Assembly (NCBI GenBank): GCA_964405015.1
Contig: CAYOME010000001.1
Span: 165,584-229,583 of the forward strand
Reading direction: 5' to 3'
DNA length: 64,000 bases
From: an uncultured Candidatus Saccharibacteria bacterium
GTDB lineage: Bacteria > Patescibacteriota > Dojkabacteria > SC72
Positions within the stretch are counted from its first letter, which is position 1. The number at the start of each line of letters is the position of its first letter. The notes under the pieces were generated by a model. It saw nothing but the letters and a program-made list of their open reading frames with translations, searched no databases and was not told the origin of the DNA. Positions 20,002 through 30,392 of the stretch are shown here, piece after piece. Both the position numbers and the translations under genes were made by a program.

Positions 20002-20115
20002 ATGAAAAAATCAACATCTTCATTTTTAAAAAAAGCTTTCAGCATATTCATAGCTCTAATGATGATAGCAAGCTTACTCGTACCTATATTACTCACGATA
20101 TTTGATTACCTCTAA
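20002..20115 (+). CDS. Possible small hydrophobic peptide (37 aa)
   Basis: ATG...TAA ORF MKKSTSSFLKKAFSIFIALMMIASLLVPILLTIFDYL between relA and recG. It is not in the ORF track because it is under 60 aa, and it is speculative. Confidence 0.2.
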   Translation: MKKSTSSFLKKAFSIFIALMMIASLLVPILLTIFDYL

Positions 20116-20121
20116 ACACAT

Positions 20122-22122
20122 ATGACCCCTTCTACGAAACTAGAAGAATTAAAAGGGGTAGGTGAAGCTCAATCAAAGAAATTTGAGAAATTGGGTATAA
20201 CAAATATTAAACAATTACTCTTCCATATACCCTTTAGATACAGAGATACTTCAGAGATATTAAATATAACTGATTTTAAATCACTACAAGAGGGTACATT
20301 TTTAGGACAAGTCCTTGAAACTAAAAATATATATACAAGAACAGGAAAGGTGTTAACCAAAACTAAAGTTACGGATGGAGTAGATACTCTGGACATATCT
20401 TTTTTCAATCAAAGTTACCTAGCTAAAGTTCTTAAACCCCAAGAATGGTACATCTTTGATGGAAAAATAACTGAAAAGGGAAAAAGTAAAAATATATACA
20501 ATCCTAAATATGAGAAATATACAGGGGATATCTCTAAACAAAGACATCTTGGAAAAATAATTGGGATATATCATGAAACAGAAGGAATATCTTCAAAACA
20601 AATACGAAACCTACTCACAACATTAAAAAAAGATATTAAAAATATACTCGAAGACCCAATACATGAGTACATTCAAGACACATATATACCAATTCAAACC
20701 TCCATATCCAATATCCATTTTCCTAAAGATAGGGAAGAAATAGATATTGCGAGAAAGAGAATAGCTTTCGATGAAATGCTTTCAATAGCACTACCATTAG
20801 AAAAAAATAAGTTAGAGAAATCTCTCCTTAAGTCTAATTCAATATTAGAAGACAAAGTACTTACCAAAGACTTTCTTTCATCCTTACCATTTGAATTAAC
20901 CCTCGATCAAACAAATGCATTAGAAGAGATCCTTGAGGATATCTCAAAAAACAAACCAATGAACAGACTCCTTAATGGAGATGTAGGAAGTGGAAAAACA
21001 GTAGTAGCTGCTCTTTGTATATTACAATGTATTAGAAATGGTTACAGTGCAACAATATTAGCACCAACTACCGTACTTGCTCAACAACATTTTGAAACCT
21101 TTTCAAAATTTCTAAAACCATTTGATATAGATATACAACTTTGGATATCATCAAGAAAAAGTAAGAGCTCTTCTCCTAACTCATTAATAGTTGGTACACA
21201 TGCAATACTCTACAAAAAAGATTTACCCAAAAATCTCAACCTAGTTATCGTTGATGAACAGCATAGGTTTGGAGTAGAACAAAGAGAAAGATTGTTGAAT
21301 ACAACAGATACTACACCTCACTACCTAACAATGACTGCAACGCCAATACCTAGAAGTTTAACAGAGATAGTGTTTGGAAATACCCAAGTAAGTGTAATTA
21401 AGCAAAAACCTAAAAACAGAAAAGATATAGATACAAAATATGTACCATATTCAAAAAGAGAAGACTGTTTAGATTGGGTAGCTAAAAAGATAAAAGATAG
21501 CGGATACAAGGAACAAGCTTTTGTTGTATATCCACTCATAGAAGAGTCTTCAAATTTAGAAGCTAGGGCAGTTTTAACAGAATTCGAAAATCTTAAAAAC
21601 AACAACTTTAAAGATCTTAAGGTAGAGATATTACACGGGAGACTTAAAGACAAAGAAAAAACAGATATTTTAGAAAGATTTAGTAAAAAAGAATTTAATA
21701 TATTAGTAACTACATCTGTAATTGAAGTAGGTATAGATATTACAGATGCAACAATAATGGTAATAGAAGATGCACATAGATTTGGATTAGCTCAGTTACA
21801 CCAGCTTAGAGGTAGAGTAGGTCGAGGAGATCTACAATCCTACTGTTTTGTATTAGCAGGTAAAGAAGAAGAGGACAGTAATGCAGTAGAAAGGTTGAAA
21901 TATTTTTCTTCACATAATTCTGGTTTTGATGTAGCAGAATATGATCTACAAAGAAGAGGCCCTGGAGAGGTATATGGTCTTAAACAATCAGGTGTTCCTC
22001 AATTTAAGGTCGCATCTTTAACTGATATTGAACTTTTTAAAGAAGCAAAGAGTGTTGCAAGAGAGATACTTAGGAGAGATAATATCGATCTAGAATATAT
22101 ATATGAAAATCTTTTTAAATAG
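20122..22122 (+). CDS. recG: ATP-dependent DNA helicase RecG
   Basis: N-terminal wedge/OB region, helicase motif I GDVGSGKT, DEQHRFGV, TATPIPRS and RGRVGRG. Confidence 0.85.
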   Translation: MTPSTKLEELKGVGEAQSKKFEKLGITNIKQLLFHIPFRYRDTSEILNITDFKSLQEGTFLGQVLETKNIYTRTGKVLTKTKVTDGVDTLDISFFNQSYLAKVLKPQEWYIFDGKITEKGKSKNIYNPKYEKYTGDISKQRHLGKIIGIYHETEGISSKQIRNLLTTLKKDIKNILEDPIHEYIQDTYIPIQTSISNIHFPKDREEIDIARKRIAFDEMLSIALPLEKNKLEKSLLKSNSILEDKVLTKDFLSSLPFELTLDQTNALEEILEDISKNKPMNRLLNGDVGSGKTVVAALCILQCIRNGYSATILAPTTVLAQQHFETFSKFLKPFDIDIQLWISSRKSKSSSPNSLIVGTHAILYKKDLPKNLNLVIVDEQHRFGVEQRERLLNTTDTTPHYLTMTATPIPRSLTEIVFGNTQVSVIKQKPKNRKDIDTKYVPYSKREDCLDWVAKKIKDSGYKEQAFVVYPLIEESSNLEARAVLTEFENLKNNNFKDLKVEILHGRLKDKEKTDILERFSKKEFNILVTTSVIEVGIDITDATIMVIEDAHRFGLAQLHQLRGRVGRGDLQSYCFVLAGKEEEDSNAVERLKYFSSHNSGFDVAEYDLQRRGPGEVYGLKQSGVPQFKVASLTDIELFKEAKSVAREILRRDNIDLEYIYENLFK

Positions 22123-22124
22123 CC

Positions 22125-22583
22125 ATGGAAATACATATAATATTAGACAATATTAGATCTGCATTTAATGTAGGAAGTATATTTAGATCCGCAGATGGGG
22201 CTGGGTATGTAAAAAAGATATATCTTTGTGGAATTACGACAGAAATAGATAACCCGAAACTAGATAAGACCGCATTAGGTGCTACTGAAATGATACCTTC
22301 CGAACACTACGATACTACCGATGAAGCAATTGATGAAATTAAAGAGTTGGGTATTCCTCTTTTTGCAATAGAGTTAACTGATGATGCTCAACATTTTCAA
22401 AAGATTGAATATCCTAATAAAGTAGCTATACTTTTAGGTCATGAAAAAAGGGGAGTAGATGAGAACTTACTTAGAAGAGTAGATAAAAAAATATATATCC
22501 CTATGAGAGGTATGAAAGAATCTCTCAATGTAGCAAATTGTGCTTCGATAATGCTTTATGAAATTACAAGAGGGTTAGATTAG
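22125..22583 (+). CDS. SPOUT (SpoU/TrmH-like) RNA 2'-O-methyltransferase
   Basis: 152 aa with LGHEKRGVDENLL and C-terminal NVANCASIMLYE trefoil-knot motifs. Confidence 0.7.
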   Translation: MEIHIILDNIRSAFNVGSIFRSADGAGYVKKIYLCGITTEIDNPKLDKTALGATEMIPSEHYDTTDEAIDEIKELGIPLFAIELTDDAQHFQKIEYPNKVAILLGHEKRGVDENLLRRVDKKIYIPMRGMKESLNVANCASIMLYEITRGLD

Positions 22584-22611
22584 GGTGTCAATTCTGATAT
22601 CATATCTATAA

Positions 22612-25485
22612 ATGAAAAAAGAGAAAAAGAAACTTTCTAAACGAACTATACTTCTAGCAGCATTACTTGTAATACTTTTAGGTGTACCAGCAATAATATA
22701 CCTAATAACTTCAAATCAAGAAGAGGGTAGATCATGGTATAGCTCAAGTTGGATGTATAGAAAATCAGTTACTGTATCTGGCAATGGAAGTACAACACTG
22801 ACAAATGAGGATATATTACTAACTATAGATACCTCAACATTAATTGGTCAAGGTAAATTACAATCCGATTGTGATGATTTAAGATTCACGGATAGTAATG
22901 ATTCAACTTTGCTTACGTATTGGATAGAAGCAGGTTGTTACACTACTACGACACAAGTATGGGTAAGAATACCTTCACTACCAGCTGGTGGTAAAACGAT
23001 ATACATGTACTATGGAAATTCTTCTGCTACTTCTGGACAAGCTTCCTGGACTGGTAATTTCATTATGCTTTACAACTCTTCTTGCCCATCTGGATGGACA
23101 AGTATTTCAGGAGCAGGTCAAACCTACAATGCAAGATTCCCATATGGTAGTACAACATATGGAACTACTGGCGGAGGAGCACACAACCATGGGACACCTA
23201 GTTGTACAACAGGAACTTCTTTACAAGGTTCTGTACTTACACAAAGTGATAGCGGTGGACAGACTGCAGGTTCTTCCCATACACATACCAATGCAATGGT
23301 TTCCGTTAACAATGTAACTAATTTGCCACCATATCTGGATATGGTTTTTTGTACAAAATCAAGACTAGATATAAATATTGGGTTAATTACAGTTGCAACA
23401 TCTGTACCTTCTGGATGGACAGCGTTCTCAGCATTAAATTCTCGATTCCCAAGAGGCGCAGCTACATATGGAGGAACAGGTGGAGCAGCTACTCATACAC
23501 ACCCAACAACAGGAGGATATACAACTGGAGCCGCAGCTACAAGTGGTGATACTCCTGGAACAGATAAGGGGGCTTGCCCGCATACACATACTACAGCAAG
23601 TGGAACAACTGATTCTGCAAGTTCATATCCACCTTACATATACACATATTTCGTATCAAAAAATGCAGGAGGTGTAGCACATGCAGGATTAATTTCAATG
23701 ACAACAGCAGCACCACCACTTGGATGGACAAGATTTACAGGATATGATTCTAGATTTCCATTAGGAACAACATCATATGGAACATCATATGGAACAACAG
23801 GTGGAGCAAGTACACATCAACATACCTTAACAATTACTACAAATCTTGGACCAGGAACAAACTGTAGTGAAGGTAGTAGAGCAACTTCTGCTACACCAAC
23901 AAATCATAGTCATAGCTGTACTACAACAGCAGCTTCCGGTTCAACACTACCTCAATATGTAACGACCCTCTACTATCAACGCAAAACATCCTTGGCTGGG
24001 ACTTTGAATTCAGAAGAAGTATTTAATCAAGCACCAACAGCACCAACATCTCTACTTACAGAAGGATATACTAATCCTATACCAGTATCTGATTTAACTC
24101 CAGAATTTAGTGCAATATTTAATGATCCAGATACCTCTGATACTGGTAACTACTATCAAATACAAGTAAATACAAACTCGAGTTTTACTGGTACTGTAAT
24201 GTGGGATAGTGGAAAGACAGCAATATCTCCAATAACTAGAGGAGCAAGATCTACAGATATTTCATATGCAGGGACAGCACTTTCACATAACGGTACAATA
24301 TATTACTGGAGGATAAAGTTTTGGGATCAAAATACCGTAAATAGCGAAGGTGTATGGTCTGCAACTGCGAACTTTACAATGAATAGTGCACCAACAGCAC
24401 CAACATCTTTACTCACGGAAGGATTAACTAACCCTACGAAAGTAACAGATGCGACTCCCGAATTTAGTGCAATATTTAATGATCCTAATCTTTATGATAC
24501 TGGAATATATTACCAAATACTCGTAAATGATTCTGATTCCCCAGGGGACTACTCTTGGGATAGTGGAAAAATTGCAATTTCGGCTATAACAAATGGCGAA
24601 AGATCTACAGATATTTCATATGCAGGAGAGACCCTGTATTTTGATGGAAATACATATGATTGGCAAATAAGATTCTGGGATAATGCCGATGCAGTAAGTG
24701 TATATTCTGCAACAGGCCAATTTACCATGAACAATCAACCAAATCAGCCAAGTAGCATGCTAACAGAAGGATTAACAAATCCAACAAAAGTCTCAGATCT
24801 TACACCTGAGTTTTCAGCCATATATATCGATCCCGATGGAGATGCTCTTGGCCATTATGAAATAGAAGTTAATACAAACAATACTTTTACAGGAACTGTG
24901 ATGTGGGACTCAGGACAAACCGCTATGAGCTTAGCATCTGGAAATCGAACTCCAGACATATCGTATGCAGGGACAACACTTTCATTCAATGGTACCGTTT
25001 ACTACTGGAGAATGAGATTCTGGGACTCTGCAGGAACAGCAGGAGCGTGGACTTGGCCGTACCCCTCCTTTCAAATGTCAGGATCTCCCAATGTTCCAAC
25101 AGATCTCTCTGTAGATGGAGATCCAACACCAACCGCCCTTATAGCTTCAGCTATACCCAAATTTCAAGCAAGACATTCTGATCCTAACGGAGATAGTGCA
25201 ATATATTACGAAATTGAAGTAAACTCAAATAGCTCATTTACTGGGACGGTAAAATGGGATAGCGGTAAACAATCAATGACATCCACAAGTAGTGGAAATC
25301 TTTCTCCAGAGTTGTCATATGCAGGCACTGTCCTTTCATCAAATGGTACAACCTACTACTGGAGAATACGATTCTGGGATACAGATGACAATGTAAGTGA
25401 TTGGTCTGCAACGGCTTCTTTCGTAGATCAATTTCAATATTTTAGATTTGAAGGCCTAAAACTGGAAGGATTGAAGATAAACTAG
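22612..25485 (+). CDS. Large membrane-anchored surface protein with a DUF2341-like N-terminal domain, three HxH-containing tail-collar-like repeats and four Fn3-like repeats
   Basis: An N-terminal TM helix is followed by a DUF2341-like block (CDDLRFTDSNDSTLLTYWIEAG ... IYMYYGN). Next come three repeats of about 100 aa (GWT...RFP.G..TYG.TGG...HxH). Then four repeats of about 115 aa (PTAPTSLLTEG.TNP...PEFSAIFNDPD...YYWR..FWD) fill the C-terminal half. Confidence 0.6.
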   Translation: MKKEKKKLSKRTILLAALLVILLGVPAIIYLITSNQEEGRSWYSSSWMYRKSVTVSGNGSTTLTNEDILLTIDTSTLIGQGKLQSDCDDLRFTDSNDSTLLTYWIEAGCYTTTTQVWVRIPSLPAGGKTIYMYYGNSSATSGQASWTGNFIMLYNSSCPSGWTSISGAGQTYNARFPYGSTTYGTTGGGAHNHGTPSCTTGTSLQGSVLTQSDSGGQTAGSSHTHTNAMVSVNNVTNLPPYLDMVFCTKSRLDINIGLITVATSVPSGWTAFSALNSRFPRGAATYGGTGGAATHTHPTTGGYTTGAAATSGDTPGTDKGACPHTHTTASGTTDSASSYPPYIYTYFVSKNAGGVAHAGLISMTTAAPPLGWTRFTGYDSRFPLGTTSYGTSYGTTGGASTHQHTLTITTNLGPGTNCSEGSRATSATPTNHSHSCTTTAASGSTLPQYVTTLYYQRKTSLAGTLNSEEVFNQAPTAPTSLLTEGYTNPIPVSDLTPEFSAIFNDPDTSDTGNYYQIQVNTNSSFTGTVMWDSGKTAISPITRGARSTDISYAGTALSHNGTIYYWRIKFWDQNTVNSEGVWSATANFTMNSAPTAPTSLLTEGLTNPTKVTDATPEFSAIFNDPNLYDTGIYYQILVNDSDSPGDYSWDSGKIAISAITNGERSTDISYAGETLYFDGNTYDWQIRFWDNADAVSVYSATGQFTMNNQPNQPSSMLTEGLTNPTKVSDLTPEFSAIYIDPDGDALGHYEIEVNTNNTFTGTVMWDSGQTAMSLASGNRTPDISYAGTTLSFNGTVYYWRMRFWDSAGTAGAWTWPYPSFQMSGSPNVPTDLSVDGDPTPTALIASAIPKFQARHSDPNGDSAIYYEIEVNSNSSFTGTVKWDSGKQSMTSTSSGNLSPELSYAGTVLSSNGTTYYWRIRFWDTDDNVSDWSATASFVDQFQYFRFEGLKLEGLKIN
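24030..25430 (+). repeat. Four tandem in-frame coding repeats of about 350 bp (Fn3-like modules) inside the 957-aa gene
   Basis: Repeated DNA and protein blocks begin near 24031, 24388, 24735 and 25085 (gcaccaacagcaccaacatct...). Confidence 0.6.
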
Positions 25486-25500
25486 TAGAATACATACCAT

Positions 25501-26232
25501 ATGAGCTTAAAATTCGATTCATCTAAAAAATTAAGAAAAGAAAAAACCAAACACAAGGTTGAATCTTGGGAAGACTTCGAACAAAGAGAAGATATCTTTT
25601 TGAAAGAAAGACTTCAAGCAAAAGAGCCAACAATATCTGCACAAGTAAGAATAACTGGTGGTAAGGCTAAAAACTTTAGAATAGATATACCAAGAACAAC
25701 AAGACCACTCACGGATAGAATGAAAGTTAGAATATTCGATGTTTTAAGAGAAGACATTGTAAAAAAGAACATTTTAGACCTCTATGCAGGTGCTGGTTCT
25801 TTCGGTTTAGAAGCCCTATCAAGAGGAGCTAAGGAAGCTACATTTGTAGAAGCATCTAAACAAGCAGATCAAGTTATTAGAGCAAATATAGCTCATACAG
25901 GATTTCTACCAGATGCTACAGTGGTTAAGTCTAAAGTAGAAGAATATCTAAGTAAGACAATTAAGGATCAAGATGCTTTCGATATAATCTTCATGGATCC
26001 ACCGTACAAACTTTACAACACAAAAAGAGTATTTAAGATGCAAGATATAATAAATAGCGCATCTAGGCTTTTACCAGGGGTTAGAGACCCTAATACGAAG
26101 AAGTTTAAAGGGGTATTAATAATCAAACATCCTAGAAGATATCCAATAGATAAACTTGAGTTAGGAAATATCAAGAAATTAGAAACTTTTGAATTTGGTT
26201 TAAATTCAATAACCTTTTTCATTGTTAAATAG
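25501..26232 (+). CDS. rsmD: 16S rRNA (guanine966-N2)-methyltransferase RsmD family
   Basis: LDLYAGAGSFGLEALSRGA (motif I) and DIIFMDPPY (motif IV), with an N-terminal extension of about 45 aa. Confidence 0.7.
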   Translation: MSLKFDSSKKLRKEKTKHKVESWEDFEQREDIFLKERLQAKEPTISAQVRITGGKAKNFRIDIPRTTRPLTDRMKVRIFDVLREDIVKKNILDLYAGAGSFGLEALSRGAKEATFVEASKQADQVIRANIAHTGFLPDATVVKSKVEEYLSKTIKDQDAFDIIFMDPPYKLYNTKRVFKMQDIINSASRLLPGVRDPNTKKFKGVLIIKHPRRYPIDKLELGNIKKLETFEFGLNSITFFIVK

Positions 26233-26398
26233 TTTGGATTGCATATTTTATAGAAAAAGAATAAAATACTACGTATGTATAAGAAATATGGCATTAACAA
26301 GTCACTCCTCGTCAAAGTTGTTTACACAACATCCTTTTAATGCTTTTTCTTTTTTTCAAAGAAATTTTTCCATTTTTTAATTCAGTATATATATAACT

Positions 26399-28156
26399 AT
26401 GAAACAAGATGAAGTTAGTAATTTAGAGAAGATGAGACATTCAGCATCTCATGTGTTAGCACAAGCTGTATTAAGAATATATCCCGATGCTAAATTGGGT
26501 ATAGGTCCTGCAATAGATAATGGCTTTTACTATGATTTTGATTTTTCAGAACCAATAGAGGAGAAAGATCTTAAAGCTATTGAAGATGAGATGAAAAAGA
26601 TATTAAAGAGAAAGTTGCAGATAACTCAAACCTTTATGAAACGTAAAGACGCTATTAAATATCTAAAAGATATTGGACAGGAGTATAAACTAGAATTGTT
26701 AGAAGATATTCCCGATGAAGAGGTTAGTTTCTTTGTTACAGGAGATAGTGAGTTCGTAGATATGTGTAGAGGTCCACATGTACAAGATACTGGGGATATC
26801 GGCCCTATAAAGCTTCTAAAGACCGCAGGAGCATATTGGAGAGGTGATGAGACAAAGAAAATGTTAACCAGAATATATGGTACAGCATTTGAAAACAAGG
26901 AAGACCTTAAAGAATATCTTAGACACTTAGAAGAGGCAGAACAAAGGAATCATAGGAAATTAGGTAAACAATTAAAATTGTTTGCAATAATTCCAGAGAT
27001 AGGACAAGGCTTACCTGTATGGTTACCAAGAGGATATATGATCAGAAGGATATTAGAAGAATATATGTTAGATCTTGAAAGAAAAAATGGATATCAACAT
27101 ATTTTAACTCCACATATTAACAGAGGGTTGCTTTTTGAAACTTCTGGACATTTAGGTTTTTACAAAGAATCCATGTATCCAGCTATTAAGATAGAGGATG
27201 AGGATTACTACCTAAAACCAATGAACTGTCCTGCAGGAATGATGGTTTACAAACTTGAACCAAAGAGTTACAGAGATTTACCATACAAGTTAGGGGAATT
27301 TGGAACAGTATATAGATTTGAAAAGTCAGGAGAGCTACATGGTCTTCAAAGAGTAAGAGGATTTACACAAAACGATGCACATCTTTTCTGTACAGAAGAA
27401 CAATTAGAAGGTGTTATTAACGAGACCTTAGATTTGTTAGATACTTTCTACAAAGATATAGGGTTTGATAAATATAGATTTAGGCTATCCATATCTGACA
27501 GAGAAAAGAATCCTAATAAATATGCAGGAGACCCGGAGAAGTGGAAGATAGCTGAAGAGAAACTTAGAAAAGTATTAGTAGATAGAGAATTAGAGTTTGA
27601 AGAGATGCCTGGAGATGCGGCATTCTATGGACCTAAGATCGATATACAAGCTGTAAATGTATTTGGTAAAGAGGATTCAGTATCTACAATACAGTTAGAT
27701 TTTAACCTACCTGAGAAATTTGAAATTAAATATGTTGATTCAGATGGGGTAGAGAAACAACCATTTGTAATACATAGAGCATTAATTGGATCATTTGAAA
27801 GATTCTTTGCATTCTTAATAGAACATCATGGTGGAGATTTCCCACTTTGGTTAGCACCAGATCAAGTTACAGTTGTCCCTATATCCGAAAAACATAACGA
27901 ATATGCACAAATGATTTTGCAATCCTTAAAGAATTCAGACATTAGAGCTGAAATTGATGATAGGAACAAGAGTATGCAAGCAAAAATTAGAGATGCAGAG
28001 AAGTTAAAGATTCCATATCTTGTAATAATTGGTGACAAGGAAGTAGAGACTGAGACAGTATCTGTAAGATCTAGATCAAACAAGCAAATTGGCCTTATGA
28101 AGAAGCAAGAGTTCATAGACTACCTTTTGGAGGAAATTCGTACCAAAGGTAGATAA
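26399..28156 (+). CDS. thrS: Threonine--tRNA ligase lacking the N-terminal TGS domain
   Basis: Editing-domain HSASHVLAQA, class II motifs (HRKLGKQLKLF, FRLS..DRE) and a C-terminal anticodon-binding domain. The protein starts directly at the N2 editing domain. Confidence 0.85.
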   Translation: MKQDEVSNLEKMRHSASHVLAQAVLRIYPDAKLGIGPAIDNGFYYDFDFSEPIEEKDLKAIEDEMKKILKRKLQITQTFMKRKDAIKYLKDIGQEYKLELLEDIPDEEVSFFVTGDSEFVDMCRGPHVQDTGDIGPIKLLKTAGAYWRGDETKKMLTRIYGTAFENKEDLKEYLRHLEEAEQRNHRKLGKQLKLFAIIPEIGQGLPVWLPRGYMIRRILEEYMLDLERKNGYQHILTPHINRGLLFETSGHLGFYKESMYPAIKIEDEDYYLKPMNCPAGMMVYKLEPKSYRDLPYKLGEFGTVYRFEKSGELHGLQRVRGFTQNDAHLFCTEEQLEGVINETLDLLDTFYKDIGFDKYRFRLSISDREKNPNKYAGDPEKWKIAEEKLRKVLVDRELEFEEMPGDAAFYGPKIDIQAVNVFGKEDSVSTIQLDFNLPEKFEIKYVDSDGVEKQPFVIHRALIGSFERFFAFLIEHHGGDFPLWLAPDQVTVVPISEKHNEYAQMILQSLKNSDIRAEIDDRNKSMQAKIRDAEKLKIPYLVIIGDKEVETETVSVRSRSNKQIGLMKKQEFIDYLLEEIRTKGR

Positions 28157-28182
28157 TTAATTTATATATACATACATATTAA

Positions 28183-28725
28183 ATGGAGTTTAACGCTCAA
28201 AAAAGTAATAAAGATTTAGGATTAAGAGTAAATGAAGGTATTAGAATACCTGAAGTCCTAGTTATCGATCAAAATGGAGAGAATTTAGGTAAACTTAATA
28301 CTCAAGAAGCAAGAAGAGTAGCACAAGAATCAGGTTTAGATTTAGTAGAAGTTGGTCCAAATTCAACACCTCCTGTTTGTAGAATAATGGATTACTCTAA
28401 ATATGTATATGAACAGAACAAAAAGTTAAGAAAAAACAAAGCTGGTAAAGCAAAAGATCTAAAGGAATTTAGATTTAGTCCAGTAATAGATTCTGGTGAT
28501 ATGAATACTAGAATAAGGAGAGCTTTAGAATTTCTTGAAAAAGATCATCCTGTACGTATAACTGTACAGAAAAAAGGTCGTCAAACATATGAACAAGCTC
28601 GTTCAATTTTTGATGAAATATTGACTAATTTCAATGAATATAGTACTATCGAACCCGAACCAAAGAGTGAAGGTAATAGAATTAGTATAACGTTTAAGAA
28701 AAATGGCACGTCAAAAAACAAATAA
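28183..28725 (+). CDS. infC: Translation initiation factor IF-3
   Basis: INEGIRIPEVLVIDQNGENLGKL and the C-terminal IF3_C fold motifs. It lies in the conserved position before rpmI-rplT. Confidence 0.85.
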   Translation: MEFNAQKSNKDLGLRVNEGIRIPEVLVIDQNGENLGKLNTQEARRVAQESGLDLVEVGPNSTPPVCRIMDYSKYVYEQNKKLRKNKAGKAKDLKEFRFSPVIDSGDMNTRIRRALEFLEKDHPVRITVQKKGRQTYEQARSIFDEILTNFNEYSTIEPEPKSEGNRISITFKKNGTSKNK

Positions 28726-28918
28726 AACTGCAGTAAAAAGAATAAAGCTTTCAAATCCAAAAGGAAATAGGAAGGCTAAAATGATGTACAACCAAAGTCA
28801 TCAAGGTCACTTGAAGACAAAAAGGTCATCAAGATCAAAAAGAAGACAAAGCTCAGATGCTTTGGTCTATAAAACTACACAAAAGAATCTTAAAAAAGTA
28901 GTTGTTAACTTAAGCTAA
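28703..28918 (+). CDS. rpmI: 50S ribosomal protein L35
   Basis: Small basic protein starting MARQKTNKTAVKRIK. It overlaps the infC end by 23 nt and precedes rplT. Confidence 0.7.
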   Translation: MARQKTNKTAVKRIKLSNPKGNRKAKMMYNQSHQGHLKTKRSSRSKRRQSSDALVYKTTQKNLKKVVVNLS

Positions 28919-28925
28919 TAGAGAA

Positions 28926-29264
28926 ATGAGAGTAAAGGGTGGTACAGTAAGAAAAAGAAGACATAACAAGATCCTAGCAAAGACTAGTGGATATAGAATG
29001 ACCAAAAATAGCTTGTATAAGGTTGCTCATGAAGCATATATGCATGCTGGTCAATATTCATACAATGACAGAAGAAAGAGAGCAGGAGATATGAGAAACT
29101 TGTGGATACAAAAGATTAATGCAGCATGTAAGAATAATGAGATTCAATACAAAGATCTTATCGATGGATTGAATAAAAAGAATATTGAATTAAATAGGAA
29201 AGTACTTGCAGATATTGCAGTAAATGATCCTTCAGTTTTTACCTTTATCGTTAAATCTCTGTAG
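28926..29264 (+). CDS. rplT: 50S ribosomal protein L20
   Basis: MRVKGGTVRKRRHNKILAKTSGYRM matches the L20 N-terminus. Confidence 0.85.
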   Translation: MRVKGGTVRKRRHNKILAKTSGYRMTKNSLYKVAHEAYMHAGQYSYNDRRKRAGDMRNLWIQKINAACKNNEIQYKDLIDGLNKKNIELNRKVLADIAVNDPSVFTFIVKSL

Positions 29265-29286
29265 GGTCTTTGATTTGATTGTATAA

Positions 29287-29317
29287 AAGGACTCTACAAG
29301 GAGTCCTTTTTTGTTTT
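29287..29317 (+). terminator. Rho-independent terminator after rplT
   Basis: The stem AAGGACTC pairs with GAGTCCTT around a tacaag loop, followed by TTTTTTGTTTT. Confidence 0.7.
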
Positions 29318-29358
29318 AAAATATTGTATACTTCAACATAAAATCATATATATAGAAT

Positions 29359-30390
29359 ATGGCTCAGGATCTCTCAGAAATACTAAAACAGATTGATGAT
29401 GATCTACATACACTCTCTGTTTCAGATTTAAAAACTAAATATCTTTCTAAATCAGGATTACTTACACAGCTCTTTAAAGCTATAAAAGATGTACCACAAG
29501 ATCAAAGAGCAGAATATGGTTCACAATTAAATCAAATAAAGATCTTAATTGAAGAGAATATCTCTAAAAAAGAAATAGATGAACAAAAGAAGCATATCAA
29601 TACATCCAAGATAGATCCTAGTGCACCTTTTGATACGAACACCTCTACTGGAAAAAAACCACATATTCTTGATATGAGAGGTTCACAGCACCCACTTACT
29701 CAAGAACTAGAAAAGATTTTGGATATATTCCAAAAGATGGGATTTGATGTAATGGAAAGTAAACAGCTAGATGATGATTTCCATATGTTTGAAAGTCTTA
29801 ATTTCCCTAAAGGACATCCAGCAAGAGATATGTATGATACATTCTGGACAGATGATGGATTCGTATTACCAGCACATACATCTACTATGCAAAATAGGGC
29901 ATTAAGAAAATATGGTCCACCACCAATTAGAGTAGTATTACCAGGTAGATGCTTTAGAAATGAAGCAACTGATGCAAGTCATGAACATACCTTCTATCAA
30001 ATCGAAGGTATCTATGTAGACAAGGGAATATCCCTAGCACATATGCAAGGAACTATCAAAGAATATCTTGAGAGGTATTTAGAAACCGATTTAGAAGTAA
30101 AAGTTCAACCATCTTACTTTCCTTTTACAGAGCCAGATACTGAATTTGTAATTAGTTGCCCATTCTGTAAAAAAACAGGCTGTACAACATGTGGACATTC
30201 AGGATGGATAGAATTAATGGGTTGTGGAATGATTCATCCGAATGTATTAAAAGCTGGAGGAATAGATCCTGAGGTATACACGGGTTTTGCATGGGGAGTA
30301 GGCTTAGACAGATTAACACTAATTAAGAGGGGTATTACTGACATTCGTAAACTTAGAGATGGTGATCTTAATTTCTTGAAACAATTCTAA
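29359..30390 (+). CDS. pheS: Phenylalanine--tRNA ligase alpha subunit
   Basis: Class II core with FPKGHPARDM, RCFRNE and GFAWGVGLDRL motifs, immediately upstream of pheT. Confidence 0.9.
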   Translation: MAQDLSEILKQIDDDLHTLSVSDLKTKYLSKSGLLTQLFKAIKDVPQDQRAEYGSQLNQIKILIEENISKKEIDEQKKHINTSKIDPSAPFDTNTSTGKKPHILDMRGSQHPLTQELEKILDIFQKMGFDVMESKQLDDDFHMFESLNFPKGHPARDMYDTFWTDDGFVLPAHTSTMQNRALRKYGPPPIRVVLPGRCFRNEATDASHEHTFYQIEGIYVDKGISLAHMQGTIKEYLERYLETDLEVKVQPSYFPFTEPDTEFVISCPFCKKTGCTTCGHSGWIELMGCGMIHPNVLKAGGIDPEVYTGFAWGVGLDRLTLIKRGITDIRKLRDGDLNFLKQF

Positions 30391-30392
30391 CT

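Noticed and set aside
22988-23677. Alternate-frame ORFs within the DUF2341 protein gene
   Set aside because: They are embedded out of frame in a longer, repeat-structured coding sequence.
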